A stretch of 64,000 bases of DNA. Origin: a virus. This document shows, piece by piece, positions 1 through 10,353 of this stretch (positions are counted from its first letter, which is position 1; each line of letters opens with the position of its first letter). The notes under the pieces were generated by a model, which worked only from the letters and a program-made list of their open reading frames with translations, made no database searches and was not told where the DNA came from. The position numbers and the translations under genes were made by a program. The stretch is taken from IMG/VR virus record IMGVR_UViG_3300043395_001970, positions 1 through 64,000 of that record. One strand, written 5' to 3'.

Positions 1-1339
1 ATGCCATAGATGTACCACTAATGTTTGTTTGTTTAAAAGATGCGTTTTTAAAATAGTTACCCGTTGCAAATTGAGTTGTCTGAGAACACGCTCCCATAAT
101 AGCTGTACCAGGTGCGTAAATATCTACACCCGGACCTGTTTCCGATGATGTTGATTTTTGGTCAGTATTTGCATCATAAGATGCACTATCAGCATTTCCA
201 ACTTTTATTGCCCTAGTTGAATATGGAGATGAACCTCTATGGTAATAGTATGTTCCACCGTTTCCGCCTGTTGTTACGATTTGATTATTATAATCTGCTC
301 CACCACTAACATCAATTTTAAAACCAAAGTTTCCAGCTGCTATACAAACATGAATTCCTTCAGAAATCATTTCATCAATATCAGTATCAGTTGATGATAT
401 CCTACTATTAGCGTAATAATAAGAACCATCATAATTTTGAACAAATCCATAATTTGATTCTCTTTGAGCAGCGTTAGTTGCGGTTGAGTTTGTATAAGTT
501 GTACCTCTATAAGTTAAAGATGTTACTGAAGTAAAATAATGAATATATCCCCAACTCATATTAACCACAGTTGGTCTTTTAGCTCCCGTTTTAGGGTCTA
601 TTGGTTTATTTCTATGCCAAAGTTTTATGGCATCAAATGCATCCGTTACTGAAATACCAGTACCACTATCTCCACTACCTTCCAATCCACTAAGTTTTTG
701 AGAATATACTCTTGCTTTTTTAGCCCAACCAAAATATTTTCCAGCTACAGTTGAAGCAACGTGTGTACCATGTCCATCGTAATCTCTATAATGATTTGCT
801 GATTGAGTTCCGCTTATTCCACTTTCGGTGTACCAATTTATTTGCTGTACTCTACTAACCCCAAATTCGTCTTGAAATTCAGGATGGTCTACTTGCAACC
901 CACTATCCTGAATTACAACATCAACCCCATCACCTGTTAATGAATATTCATAAGAAGAAGTTGTTGATGTTCCAGTACCATAACAATTAAAATCAAAATT
1001 AGAGCGTATCAATCCCCAATTTGTATAATCACCAGAATCAGTTGTAGAAGGAACTTTTGTAAAATCAGTATTTTGAACTGCTCTCAAAATCATTTTTAAG
1101 TCATCCCTCTTTTCGGGTGGAATTTCTACATCAAATACTCTTTCATCTAATTTAAGTTGCTCTGCTTCTTCATCGGTAAGCAAATACCAACATTGACGAA
1201 GAGAACCAGGTCTTTCGTTTGTAAATTCTACTTTACGATTTGGAATATATAATTTACCACCATCGGTATCACTTTCTATATCATTCCAAAACTCATCGTA
1301 ATCAATTCCTTCTTTTAAGATAACATTAAATTCCCTCAT
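1..1339 (-). CDS. Subtilisin-like S8 serine protease (runs off the left edge; missing from the ORF track)
   Basis: Manual translation from ATG at 1339 (MREFNVILKEGIDYDEFW...) shows the whole catalytic triad: VVIQDSG (Asp), DGHGTHVASTVAG (His) and ISGTSMA (Ser, at about nt 2-22), plus VVNMSWG and the oxyanion motif IAAGN. Confidence 0.93.
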   Translation of the reverse strand, partial: MREFNVILKEGIDYDEFWNDIESDTDGGKLYIPNRKVEFTNERPGSLRQCWYLLTDEEAEQLKLDERVFDVEIPPEKRDDLKMILRAVQNTDFTKVPSTTDSGDYTNWGLIRSNFDFNCYGTGTSTTSSYEYSLTGDGVDVVIQDSGLQVDHPEFQDEFGVSRVQQINWYTESGISGTQSANHYRDYDGHGTHVASTVAGKYFGWAKKARVYSQKLSGLEGSGDSGTGISVTDAFDAIKLWHRNKPIDPKTGAKRPTVVNMSWGYIHYFTSVTSLTYRGTTYTNSTATNAAQRESNYGFVQNYDGSYYYANSRISSTDTDIDEMISEGIHVCIAAGNFGFKIDVSGGADYNNQIVTTGGNGGTYYYHRGSSPYSTRAIKVGNADSASYDANTDQKSTSSETGPGVDIYAPGTAIMGACSQTTQFATGNYFKNASFKQTNISGTSMA

Positions 1340-1345
1340 ATTCTA

Positions 1346-4237
1346 TTAATATAATGCGTTCCATGCACTTCCATCATAGAAGTATGGTTTATATACTGCT
1401 CCAGATCCAGAAACTGCAAATGTACCTGCTTCAGGAGTTGCTGGTAATGGATTTGATGGTGCTATTTTTACAAGCGATGAAACATGTAATGATGATGTTA
1501 CTTGTAAAGATGTTCCAGAAAATGTTAATGATGATAGTACACTTGCGTTAGCACCACTTCCATCATATCTTACCAATCCATTTGCTGTTGTTCCAGTAAG
1601 TGATAGCAATCCAGAAGTACCAGATGTACCCGAAGTTCCCCCACCAGCTCCACCTACAGATGAACCAGAGGTGAAATCAATCCAGCTACCACTTATTCTA
1701 CCCATAAATTTATTGGTAGTTGTATTATAATAAATATCACCATTTGCAGGTGCTAAGCTTGATGTTTGCCCATCACTAAATGATGCCAATCTTAATGATG
1801 ATGAAGTTATTACTACAGCGTTACCTGCGTTTAAATTAATATTTGTTGAAGAATATATTTCAGGTGTACCAGGAGAAGTTACGGTTATTGCAGATGCTGT
1901 TATTGAACCGCTAACTCTAAATGAACCAGTTACATATAAATCTCCGTTTGCTGAATAATATGAACCCGTTTGTGCAAATACGCTACTTCCACCACCACCT
2001 TGGAATGCTATTCCGTTTTGATACAATGAACCACTAAAGTAAATTGAACCAGTAAGAACCATACCACCATCAACCCATAGAGAACCGGTGTGTACAATTC
2101 TACCATCTTTAAATTGTGTTCTTCTTTGTCTATCTTTAATATAAATAGGTCCACTTAATGCTGTATTTGCAGAACTACAATAAAATATGGTTGAACCCGG
2201 AACTGAACCACTTGTGTTATATGTTACAGTACCATTTGTTGCACCATTATTATTTACCCCCGTTACTCCCTGTCCCGTACCAGACGTTACTGATGTTTTA
2301 ATATAGAATGGGTGAGATGCTGCTACTACGTTAAATACAATTGTATCACCATGATAAACCCAAATATCAACATCTTCGCCTCTTTCCAAAGTTGGGTCAT
2401 TTGATGGAGTAAATACATATCCACTATTACCATTATTTACCACACTCCAATCTCTAACCATTGATTGGGTTACAATGAAATCTTTAAATATTCCAGATGA
2501 TGATTGAACAAATCCAGCATCTAATATTTGTGCAGAACCTGTAATCCATCCGTTATATGATGCCGATGAGAATGATGATGCGTTTCCTCCTGTTAATGTT
2601 ACAATAACTCCAGAAGAGCCGGAAGGTGTTAGTATTATACTTCCACTAAAAGATATATCACTAACTCCATAAACCGTAGTTATTCCACCACTATCTCTTA
2701 CTCCCAATTGAGTTGTTATACCAGATGTTCCAGATGAACCAGCAGAACCATTTGAACCACCTGAAGTACCAGAAGAACCAGACGTTCCACTAACACCAGG
2801 TGAGCCAGATGTACCAGACGAGCCTATTGCAGAAGTTCCAGAAGTACCATTTGTACCTGCTAAGCTACTACCGCTAGTTCCGCTTAATCCAGATGTTCCA
2901 GATGTACCTGCGGTTGATGTAGCACCAGATGTACCAGAAGAACCAGCTGTGCCGTTTGTACCACCACCACCTCCACCAACTACATCAAATGATATATTAC
3001 CACCCCCTAAGTTAGTTACACTAAAATTAGAACTATATGTAAGTGTACTAACGCTTGTATATGTATTTACTCCTCTAACTACACTTATAGAACCACCACC
3101 ACCACCTAAAGAAGATGTAGCTATTTGACGATTATTTTGATTAGTATCACCACCAACCCAAACATAACCTTCTCTTAATGATGCGGTTAAAGGACCGGCA
3201 GTTGATAAACCAGCAGCTCCAGATACAATTCCACTTGCGTTTACAGCACCTCTAATAAATGCAGAACCAGTAAGTTCTAATGAACCTGTTATAATAGCTG
3301 AACCGGTGTATGGGAAGGTTGACCCTCCACCACCTCCACCAAATCCTAATGCAGTAATTTGTGCTGCTCCGGAAATTAATGTTGTTGCTTTTAAAGATTG
3401 TGTATATGCTTCCAATCCATTTACTTCACCTCTAATTGAACCAGTAAAAGTATTTAATGCACCCGTTGTTGCATTTAACGATGCTGTAGCAAGGTTTAAA
3501 GAACCTGTTACCCTTGCTATGTTTAAATTAACATTGGTTTGTGAAGATGTAAAAATTGCTACACCCAATATACTTAAATCAGTTGAAGCTGTAAATATAT
3601 GTATAGATGCCGTTGTTTGATAAAATCTACTTAACGAACCTGTAAAAGTATTTAAAGAAGCTGTTGCTTGTTGTAGTGATGCTGTTGCTTGTTGTATTCT
3701 TGGTACTAAATCTGCACCTGCTAATGTACCATCTTGTCCAGATGTACCACTAACCCCGCTTGTTCCAGCAGAACCATTTGTGCCACTAACACCAGACGTA
3801 CCTGCTGTACCAGTTGAGCCAGCCGTACCGGTTGTACCATTTGTGCCAGATGTTCCCGATGTGCCATTTACACCACTTGTTCCCGAAGTTGCCGATGTTC
3901 CAGATGTACCTGATGTTTGGATACTACCAGATACTAAACTCCAACCGATAGCACCATCTGCTGGGTCATAAACTACTACCTTATCGGTTGTATTCTTAAA
4001 AGATATTGATGCAGAAGTGAACTTTAGACTACCAGAAATTAAAGCACTTCCGGTAAATTGTCCACTTAAAGTTCCTTGTAATGTTGATAAATTAGCTACC
4101 GATGATGATACTGCTAAAAAAGAACCTGTCATAAGGGCCGTAAATGAGCCCGATGTTTCTTCTAATATTGTTAGGTTTGCATCCATCTCTCCGGCGGTAA
4201 GCGGAGAACCTTTGGGAATTCTTTTAATTATTGCCAT
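1346..4237 (-). CDS. Probable virion structural/fibre protein with Gly-X-X (G/S/T) tracts and a degenerate cupredoxin-like domain
   Basis: 963 aa. The N-terminus KGSPLTAGEMDANL is typical of phage fibre/baseplate-attached proteins. It has SGTSG repeats and a GDTIVFNV..SHPFYIK..IFYC segment. Confidence 0.7.
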   Translation of the reverse strand: MAIIKRIPKGSPLTAGEMDANLTILEETSGSFTALMTGSFLAVSSSVANLSTLQGTLSGQFTGSALISGSLKFTSASISFKNTTDKVVVYDPADGAIGWSLVSGSIQTSGTSGTSATSGTSGVNGTSGTSGTNGTTGTAGSTGTAGTSGVSGTNGSAGTSGVSGTSGQDGTLAGADLVPRIQQATASLQQATASLNTFTGSLSRFYQTTASIHIFTASTDLSILGVAIFTSSQTNVNLNIARVTGSLNLATASLNATTGALNTFTGSIRGEVNGLEAYTQSLKATTLISGAAQITALGFGGGGGGSTFPYTGSAIITGSLELTGSAFIRGAVNASGIVSGAAGLSTAGPLTASLREGYVWVGGDTNQNNRQIATSSLGGGGGSISVVRGVNTYTSVSTLTYSSNFSVTNLGGGNISFDVVGGGGGGTNGTAGSSGTSGATSTAGTSGTSGLSGTSGSSLAGTNGTSGTSAIGSSGTSGSPGVSGTSGSSGTSGGSNGSAGSSGTSGITTQLGVRDSGGITTVYGVSDISFSGSIILTPSGSSGVIVTLTGGNASSFSSASYNGWITGSAQILDAGFVQSSSGIFKDFIVTQSMVRDWSVVNNGNSGYVFTPSNDPTLERGEDVDIWVYHGDTIVFNVVAASHPFYIKTSVTSGTGQGVTGVNNNGATNGTVTYNTSGSVPGSTIFYCSSANTALSGPIYIKDRQRRTQFKDGRIVHTGSLWVDGGMVLTGSIYFSGSLYQNGIAFQGGGGSSVFAQTGSYYSANGDLYVTGSFRVSGSITASAITVTSPGTPEIYSSTNINLNAGNAVVITSSSLRLASFSDGQTSSLAPANGDIYYNTTTNKFMGRISGSWIDFTSGSSVGGAGGGTSGTSGTSGLLSLTGTTANGLVRYDGSGANASVLSSLTFSGTSLQVTSSLHVSSLVKIAPSNPLPATPEAGTFAVSGSGAVYKPYFYDGSAWNALY

Positions 4238-4303
4238 TTTTTATATATCTTGTATAATTCGAATTGTTACACAAGTAAATATAAATAAAAGGTAAAAGAA
4301 TAC

Positions 4304-4777
4304 TTATTTATAATATTTGAGAAGGGTTTCGGTTGTAAAAGTAACTTCATCTACACTTTTAATTCCACCCAACGTATATGTTCTATATGAATCGGGTTCT
4401 TTATCGTAAATTGAATCACCTTTTAAAAAGGAACTGAACAACTTCTTTCCCCCTTTATCTGATAAAACTAGCAGTTCTTCTAATTGTGTTGCCGATTTTA
4501 CTTTATCTTCGGCTAGCCCTTTTATAAACATTTTCTTTAAAAATTTAAAAAATATATCAGGCTTTATTAAACTAATCTTAACACAAGAAATCTTTTTATC
4601 AGGGCTAATACCTAATACAAAAATCAAAGCACTTTCTACACCACTTAAAGTTTTTGTTTTTCCATCAACATATTTGTATGTGTTGATTCTATAAACGTTT
4701 CTTGGCCTAATCAAAGTTTTTGAAACACTTTTTTCGGATTGAATAAATTTATTATATTGTAAAGTAAATGCATTCAT
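4304..4777 (-). CDS. Hypothetical protein
   Basis: 157-aa ORF translationally coupled to the upstream glycosyltransferase; no recognisable motif. Confidence 0.7.
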   Translation of the reverse strand: MNAFTLQYNKFIQSEKSVSKTLIRPRNVYRINTYKYVDGKTKTLSGVESALIFVLGISPDKKISCVKISLIKPDIFFKFLKKMFIKGLAEDKVKSATQLEELLVLSDKGGKKLFSSFLKGDSIYDKEPDSYRTYTLGGIKSVDEVTFTTETLLKYYK

Positions 4778-6069
4778 TATACTTTATTTAATTTTGGTAT
4801 TTGCATTTTAGAACTATTCACTTTTGGCATATTAAACGGAACTAATTGAGGCGCTTTCTTTACATAAGTATCTAAAATCTGAGTAAATCTTTCATGCATT
4901 TTTTCCAAAGTAAACTTATTTAAAGTATTTTCTTTCAAACCAGATGATTTTTTTAAATATTCATTGTATTTGTTAAACACATCATAAATCTTATTAGCAG
5001 CATTTGAATAGTTTACTGTAAACCATTGTGCTTCTTTCATAATGAATTGGTCCGCCGCTGATTCATCAATTGGTGTTAGAGAACCTTCCAACAAAACTGC
5101 GTGCTCTGCTGGTAGAAAATCCGTATGTCCACTCCAACCACTAACTATAATTGGTTTTCCCGTCAAAGTAAATTCAGCCATAGGTCTACCATATCCTTCC
5201 CCCTTAGTAAAAGAAATCATTGCTTTCACTTTTGGATGATGATAAAGGTTACTCATATCAGTTTCTTCCAAATCACCATGTATCAAATAAATTGGTGGAC
5301 ACTTATCACCATAGGTTTTTAGAACATCATCTATTTTTTGGCGAGTTGTTTCTCTATCTATTACACTAAAACCAGCATGCGATGTTTTTAGTAACAAAGC
5401 AGGTTGCTTATCTTTTGGAAGGTATTGGAACACCGTTGCGAATGTTTTAATTACCATACCAATATCTTTTCTATCCTGTCCTAAAGAACCTTTTAACCAA
5501 TGTCCAACAGTTAAGAAACAAAAATCTTCTTTTACATTTGATAATATATCTTTACCACTTCCTTTAGAAAATATTTCAGTGTCCACTCCTTCAAAAAGAA
5601 CTTCAATTGGTGTATTTGTTTTTATCTCACCAACTATTTGTCCAGTAGCTTGGTCTTTTTGTTGATAAACAGTACCACCCACATTTCCTTTTGTAAACTC
5701 AGATGGAACTATGATTAGATTCATTTTATTAGAACCATCAATAAAATCTTTTGGGCAGATTGTAGTTTCAACACCAGCAGTAATACCAATATTATAGTGT
5801 CCTTTTGGTTCAAACTCATTTGCTACCGAAACCTGCATGAAAACATCTGGCTTTTCTCCAATCTCTCCAATTACTCTTTCTAACATCCATCTTCCAAATT
5901 CATCTTGGTCACTTACCTGATTTTGTGGAGTGTTACCCCAACGAAGTGGGATAATCTTTATATCGTATTTATCCATCTTACGAAGTGATTTCATCAAATC
6001 TCTACAATGGTCACCATATCCACTTCTAGTAAAAATAGGTCCCTGAAATACTAATGTTGGTTTATTCAT
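4777..6069 (-). CDS. GT-B (GT4-like) glycosyltransferase
   Basis: N-terminal TRSGYG, DRKDIG, and C-terminal GEGYGRPMAE (E-x7-E) with GKPII..SGH. Confidence 0.9.
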   Translation of the reverse strand: MNKPTLVFQGPIFTRSGYGDHCRDLMKSLRKMDKYDIKIIPLRWGNTPQNQVSDQDEFGRWMLERVIGEIGEKPDVFMQVSVANEFEPKGHYNIGITAGVETTICPKDFIDGSNKMNLIIVPSEFTKGNVGGTVYQQKDQATGQIVGEIKTNTPIEVLFEGVDTEIFSKGSGKDILSNVKEDFCFLTVGHWLKGSLGQDRKDIGMVIKTFATVFQYLPKDKQPALLLKTSHAGFSVIDRETTRQKIDDVLKTYGDKCPPIYLIHGDLEETDMSNLYHHPKVKAMISFTKGEGYGRPMAEFTLTGKPIIVSGWSGHTDFLPAEHAVLLEGSLTPIDESAADQFIMKEAQWFTVNYSNAANKIYDVFNKYNEYLKKSSGLKENTLNKFTLEKMHERFTQILDTYVKKAPQLVPFNMPKVNSSKMQIPKLNKV

Positions 6070-6079
6070 ATTCTATAAC

Positions 6080-7462
6080 TTATTTAACTTTAAATACCTC
6101 AAATCTTTGGCGAGGTTTCCAATTTTGGAATGTAGATTCAATTCCATCCATTAATGTTTGACACATATTTGTATGATTCAATCCAGCTTCATTAATAAAG
6201 AACTCTCTACCTTTTAATGCATTCACTTTTCTTTCTTCTTTAGGTGTATTATACATTTTTTCAATAGCATCCGCTACATCATGCAAATCAACTCTATCAT
6301 CCCAAATATAGGGTGTAGGTACTGAACCTGCTAATGCTAATGCTCTACTCCAAACAGGTATAGCCCAAGGACCCGCTTCTGCCTTTCCTTCCCATTTTCT
6401 CCATTCATGCAAAGAACCTATCTTAATATAATCATCTGCAACTAATACATTACCATTTACTTTAAAACCACATTGGTCTTGCAATCCACCAGTTACATTT
6501 ACAATGATTGGTGTACCAGCCATTACCGATTCTGCAGTTGCTAATCCGAATCCTTCGTTATTAGCAATGTTAATTGTACAATCTGCGATATTATAATTCC
6601 AATTCAACTCATGTTGTAATCTTCTCTTTTCTGAAAACTTAATATTACAATCAGGTGCTACAGCTTCTATAACGGCTGGAAGGTCAGTTCCATTATCATC
6701 AACAGGCTGTGTATGCATTAATAACAAACACTTATCCGCTTTTTCTTTACCAATCTTTTCACAAAACAATTTGAAAGCATAGATTACATCAGCTGGTTGT
6801 TTTCTTCTAATATTACGATTACTCCAGTAAAGAACAAAATCATATTCTTTACCACCTAAAATTTCATTACGATATTCAGTAGGAACATCTGTTGGTTTGT
6901 ATATATCAGTATTAATACCATGTGGTACATAACTTACTTGCCAATCTTTTTTTGGAATCCAAGTTGGTTTATCTGTTCTTTGACCAATTCTACTTATAAT
7001 ACCATAAGTTTGACGAGATATACAACCAATCCAATCACAACTTTCATAAAAGTTACGGTTGTACATTGGGTCTGGTAAATCATCCCAAATTGCATAAAAC
7101 AATAAAGGAATATTTTGTCTTATTTCATGCTCTATATCATATAACCAAGTCCAATAGCGTGGGTCAGTAAAGTGTAGGATAGCATCTGGCTTTTCTGCAT
7201 TAATTAATTGACGAATCAAATCAGCATTACCATATCCATTCCAAGGAAGTATTTTTACACTAGCATCAGCTATTCCATAATTTTTTTGAATGTCTTCGCT
7301 TACATCTAAAACTCTACCTTGCTCTGGGTGGTTGATTGCTGCACCTACTTGAAACCAATCATATTTGTGAACTGTCCCTAATACCAATTCTTTGGACATA
7401 GTGGCGATACCACTTGCCATTCTTAAATCATCTGAAAGTAACAATATTTTTTTCTTTGCCAT
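6080..7462 (-). CDS. GT-B (GT4-like) glycosyltransferase
   Basis: KKILLLSDD..SGIA, VPHGIN, NRNIRRKQ, NEGFGLATAE (E-x7-E), GTPIIVNVTGGL. Confidence 0.92.
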   Translation of the reverse strand: MAKKKILLLSDDLRMASGIATMSKELVLGTVHKYDWFQVGAAINHPEQGRVLDVSEDIQKNYGIADASVKILPWNGYGNADLIRQLINAEKPDAILHFTDPRYWTWLYDIEHEIRQNIPLLFYAIWDDLPDPMYNRNFYESCDWIGCISRQTYGIISRIGQRTDKPTWIPKKDWQVSYVPHGINTDIYKPTDVPTEYRNEILGGKEYDFVLYWSNRNIRRKQPADVIYAFKLFCEKIGKEKADKCLLLMHTQPVDDNGTDLPAVIEAVAPDCNIKFSEKRRLQHELNWNYNIADCTINIANNEGFGLATAESVMAGTPIIVNVTGGLQDQCGFKVNGNVLVADDYIKIGSLHEWRKWEGKAEAGPWAIPVWSRALALAGSVPTPYIWDDRVDLHDVADAIEKMYNTPKEERKVNALKGREFFINEAGLNHTNMCQTLMDGIESTFQNWKPRQRFEVFKVK

Positions 7463-7470
7463 AACTAATT

Positions 7471-7671
7471 TTAAAATTGTGAACCTGAAATTTGTAATTG
7501 TAAGTACTCATTCATTTCCTTACGAAATTCTTCATCTTTAACATATCTTTCAACGGTACGATTTACCAGCTTTTGAAGGGTAACATCTGAATCAAATGAT
7601 ACTTTTTTAAATGATGAATAAACATCTTTCAAGATTTTCACTGTAGTAAGCTTTGTGTTTTCTTGAGTCAT
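7471..7671 (-). CDS. Small ribbon-helix-helix-like DNA-binding protein
   Basis: 66 aa with a beta-strand (LTTVKI) followed by two helices (YSSFKK; TLQKLVNRTVERY). Confidence 0.55.
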   Translation of the reverse strand: MTQENTKLTTVKILKDVYSSFKKVSFDSDVTLQKLVNRTVERYVKDEEFRKEMNEYLQLQISGSQF

Positions 7672-7748
7672 TGTAATATTAATTTATATATTTGTATATA
7701 TAAGTATATTACAATTAGAAAAAACAATAATTTTTAAAGAACTATTTT

Positions 7749-8618
7749 TTATTTATCTGCTTTACCATCACAATGCTTACCTAAGAACTCACACCATTTA
7801 CAATTCTTTTTGTTTTGACCTGGTACTTTTGGAAACCTTATATCTTTAAACGTACCATCATCATTAAACACAGTATTGATAAATTCCATAAATTCATCAT
7901 GTGCTTTTGTTACAGATGGTGCTCCGTGAGATGGCGCATGTTTAGAAATGTAAGGTACTGGAAATGCTGAATCTTCCGGCAACTTCCTTCTCATAATTTG
8001 ATATTCAACTCTAATCTTTTGTAAAGGAATATTGAATAACTCTGAATAGTATTTCTTATATAGTAAGATTTGTGCGTTCTTAAACTTGTCCGCCTTTTGG
8101 TATTGATTCCAACCCTGCGTAGAAGTTTTAAGGTCAATAATTACAATTGAATTCTCAGCCAAATCTCTCAACACAATATCAATGAATCCAATAAAGTGTA
8201 CACCTTCTTTAATTGGTGCGTTTAGTGGAATTTCAATACCAACTAATTCATAGCCGGATTTAGAATAAAACTTATTAAGGTTTTTCTTTAACCATTCTAA
8301 GATTCTTCTACCATCACCATAAAATTCTTCCAATTCTATTTGGGAACAAGGTGTACCTTCACTAAGAGCTTGTTTCTCTTTAGTAAAGTTTTCTTTAAGT
8401 CTTTCCAATAAAAGCTTATCCAAATTAATTTCATCAGCCTGCTTTTTAGAAACACCATACATCACCGAAAGGTAGTGTTGAATAGTTTCATGCATTGAAC
8501 TACCAAAGATAGTATGAATGTTGCCTGAACTTTCACCTAACTTATCTATGTAATTTAACTTATATTGTTGTGGGCAGCTACTCCACATTGAGTACTGCGA
8601 AAATGATACTTTTGCCAT
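7749..8618 (-). CDS. PD-(D/E)XK exonuclease, Cas4/AddB-like with Fe-S cysteines
   Basis: SFSQ..CPQQY, G..MHE, E..L..GFIDIV..IIDLKTS, QILLY and C-terminal CKWC..C. Confidence 0.88.
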   Translation of the reverse strand: MAKVSFSQYSMWSSCPQQYKLNYIDKLGESSGNIHTIFGSSMHETIQHYLSVMYGVSKKQADEINLDKLLLERLKENFTKEKQALSEGTPCSQIELEEFYGDGRRILEWLKKNLNKFYSKSGYELVGIEIPLNAPIKEGVHFIGFIDIVLRDLAENSIVIIDLKTSTQGWNQYQKADKFKNAQILLYKKYYSELFNIPLQKIRVEYQIMRRKLPEDSAFPVPYISKHAPSHGAPSVTKAHDEFMEFINTVFNDDGTFKDIRFPKVPGQNKKNCKWCEFLGKHCDGKADK

Positions 8619-8622
8619 AATG

Positions 8623-8654
8623 TAAAGATACGAAAAAATAGTGAATATACCAAA
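8623..8654 (-). promoter_or_regulatory. Bacteroidota-type sigma promoter
   Basis: Minus strand TTTG-N20-TATCTTTA; the ATG follows after only 4 nt. Confidence 0.8.
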
Positions 8655-9104
8655 TTAAACTTTAAGTTTTAATTTAGTAATTTGCTTAGGGTCAGTACCA
8701 TAAGCCTCCGCAATTTCTTTGATGTGTAGTTTACCAGAAGTTGTTTGGTGTAATATTAAATAATATTCTTCAGCTTGTGTTGTTGATACATTATAATATC
8801 TTGCAATCAATTCAATAATCCAATCTTCATACTTTTCCGATGAAGTTGGTTTCATATATTTTAGGAATGCTCTTGTTTTTGGAATTAGTCCTATTAGGCA
8901 TAGGTACATTGATTTAGGTGATACTTCTTGCAAATATGGTTGTACATCTGCAATTAATTCTATCCATTCAGGTTTCATAGAAAGAAAACGGAGTATCATA
9001 TAGTTACTCCATGTCTTTTTATCACTCTCATCAAGAGTATCCCAATATTTAGGATTCTTATCTTGCGTTATTGCGTTAATATGGTCAAATAATGTTTTAG
9101 CCAT
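8655..9104 (-). CDS. Clamp loader small subunit (T4 gp62-like)
   Basis: LFDHINAI...YMILRFLSM...FLKYMK...IARYYNVS pattern, located next to the RFC gene. Confidence 0.75.
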   Translation of the reverse strand: MAKTLFDHINAITQDKNPKYWDTLDESDKKTWSNYMILRFLSMKPEWIELIADVQPYLQEVSPKSMYLCLIGLIPKTRAFLKYMKPTSSEKYEDWIIELIARYYNVSTTQAEEYYLILHQTTSGKLHIKEIAEAYGTDPKQITKLKLKV

Positions 9105-9408
9105 TTTTAATATCCAAATCTAATGAACGAGTTTCTGCTGCTTGTAATTTATCTTTTTGTTCTAATGCTCTTAGTTGAACAGGCTTCATAAGTTCTTGCT
9201 CTGCTCCACAATCACCACAAAGATACACTTCAAAAGGTATCATCATATCCTGGTCACCCCCATATGCTAATTTAGATAACTTTCTCATCTTCATAGCTGG
9301 TAAGAATGTTTTACCACCACACTCACAAAATACTGGTACTGATGCTGATATATCTACTTTTGGTTGTGGTTGTTGTGGCATTTCGCCTTGTCCGATAATG
9401 TTTGCCAT
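9097..9408 (-). CDS. Small zinc-ribbon protein
   Basis: CECGG...CGDCG cysteine pairs. Confidence 0.7.
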   Translation of the reverse strand: MANIIGQGEMPQQPQPKVDISASVPVFCECGGKTFLPAMKMRKLSKLAYGGDQDMMIPFEVYLCGDCGAEQELMKPVQLRALEQKDKLQAAETRSLDLDIKNG

Positions 9409-10347
9409 TTATATTATATTTAAAATTTGTATTAAAGTTGCAGCAGTTGGTATTTCTTTATCAATTGCTGAAAAGTGTTTAAACTGCCCATCTGCCAAAA
9501 GAAGAATTACACCAGATGTATTATCCGCTGCATATTCATCCACCTTATCATAAAGTAAAGTAAATAGGTCAGTAAAATCAGTTACCTTACTATCTATAAG
9601 TGCCTGTCTGATTTTCATATATTTGTTTCTCTTATCATCGTTTGATTTAAGAATATCTAATACTTTCATTTTGTAATCATTCTCTAATAGATTTTGTACA
9701 TCCACTTTTAACTTACCTTTTGTAGAATTCATTTGGCAAGTATTAATTACTTTACGAATATCAGGATATGATGAATCAATAATAGGAACTAAATCTTTTG
9801 GGTCAAACTCAATACTTTCAGCTTTCAGAATTTTACTCATTTGAATTGCCACATCCTTTTTAGTTGGTGGGATGATTTGGAAAGATTGACATCTACTTTG
9901 GATTGGTTCAATTACTTTCTCTACATAGTTACAAGTCAAAATGAATCGGCAGTGTGAACTGAAAGTTTCCATAATATTACGAAGCATTGGTTGTGCTAAG
10001 TAACTCATGTAATCAACCTCATCCAATACTACCACTTTCCATTTTTTGAATCCCATAGATGAAGCAAACCCTCTTACCTTATCTCTGATTGTATCAACAT
10101 TTCTTTCATCGGATGCGTTGATAATCATATAATCACAATCAATTGATTTTACAATTAACTTAGCAAGAGTTGTCTTACCCGTACCAGCTTTTCCGTACAA
10201 CAATAGGTGTGGTATATCATTATTTTCAATGAATATTGAAACTTTTTCCTTTAGGTGTTCATTACCCACATAATCTTCTAATTTAATTGGGCGATATTTC
10301 TCAACCCAAAGACTATGATTTACATTTTCTTCTTGATATTCAAACAT
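9409..10347 (-). CDS. Clamp loader AAA+ ATPase subunit (RFC-small / T4 gp44-like)
   Basis: LWVEKYRP, Walker A GKAGTGKT, INASDER, LDEVD, FILTCN, SRC. Confidence 0.96.
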   Translation of the reverse strand: MFEYQEENVNHSLWVEKYRPIKLEDYVGNEHLKEKVSIFIENNDIPHLLLYGKAGTGKTTLAKLIVKSIDCDYMIINASDERNVDTIRDKVRGFASSMGFKKWKVVVLDEVDYMSYLAQPMLRNIMETFSSHCRFILTCNYVEKVIEPIQSRCQSFQIIPPTKKDVAIQMSKILKAESIEFDPKDLVPIIDSSYPDIRKVINTCQMNSTKGKLKVDVQNLLENDYKMKVLDILKSNDDKRNKYMKIRQALIDSKVTDFTDLFTLLYDKVDEYAADNTSGVILLLADGQFKHFSAIDKEIPTAATLIQILNII

Positions 10348-10353
10348 ATATTT

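Noticed and set aside
7749-8618. Cas4-like nuclease as evidence of CRISPR-Cas
   Set aside because: No array or other cas genes; solo Cas4-like nucleases are common in phage replication modules.
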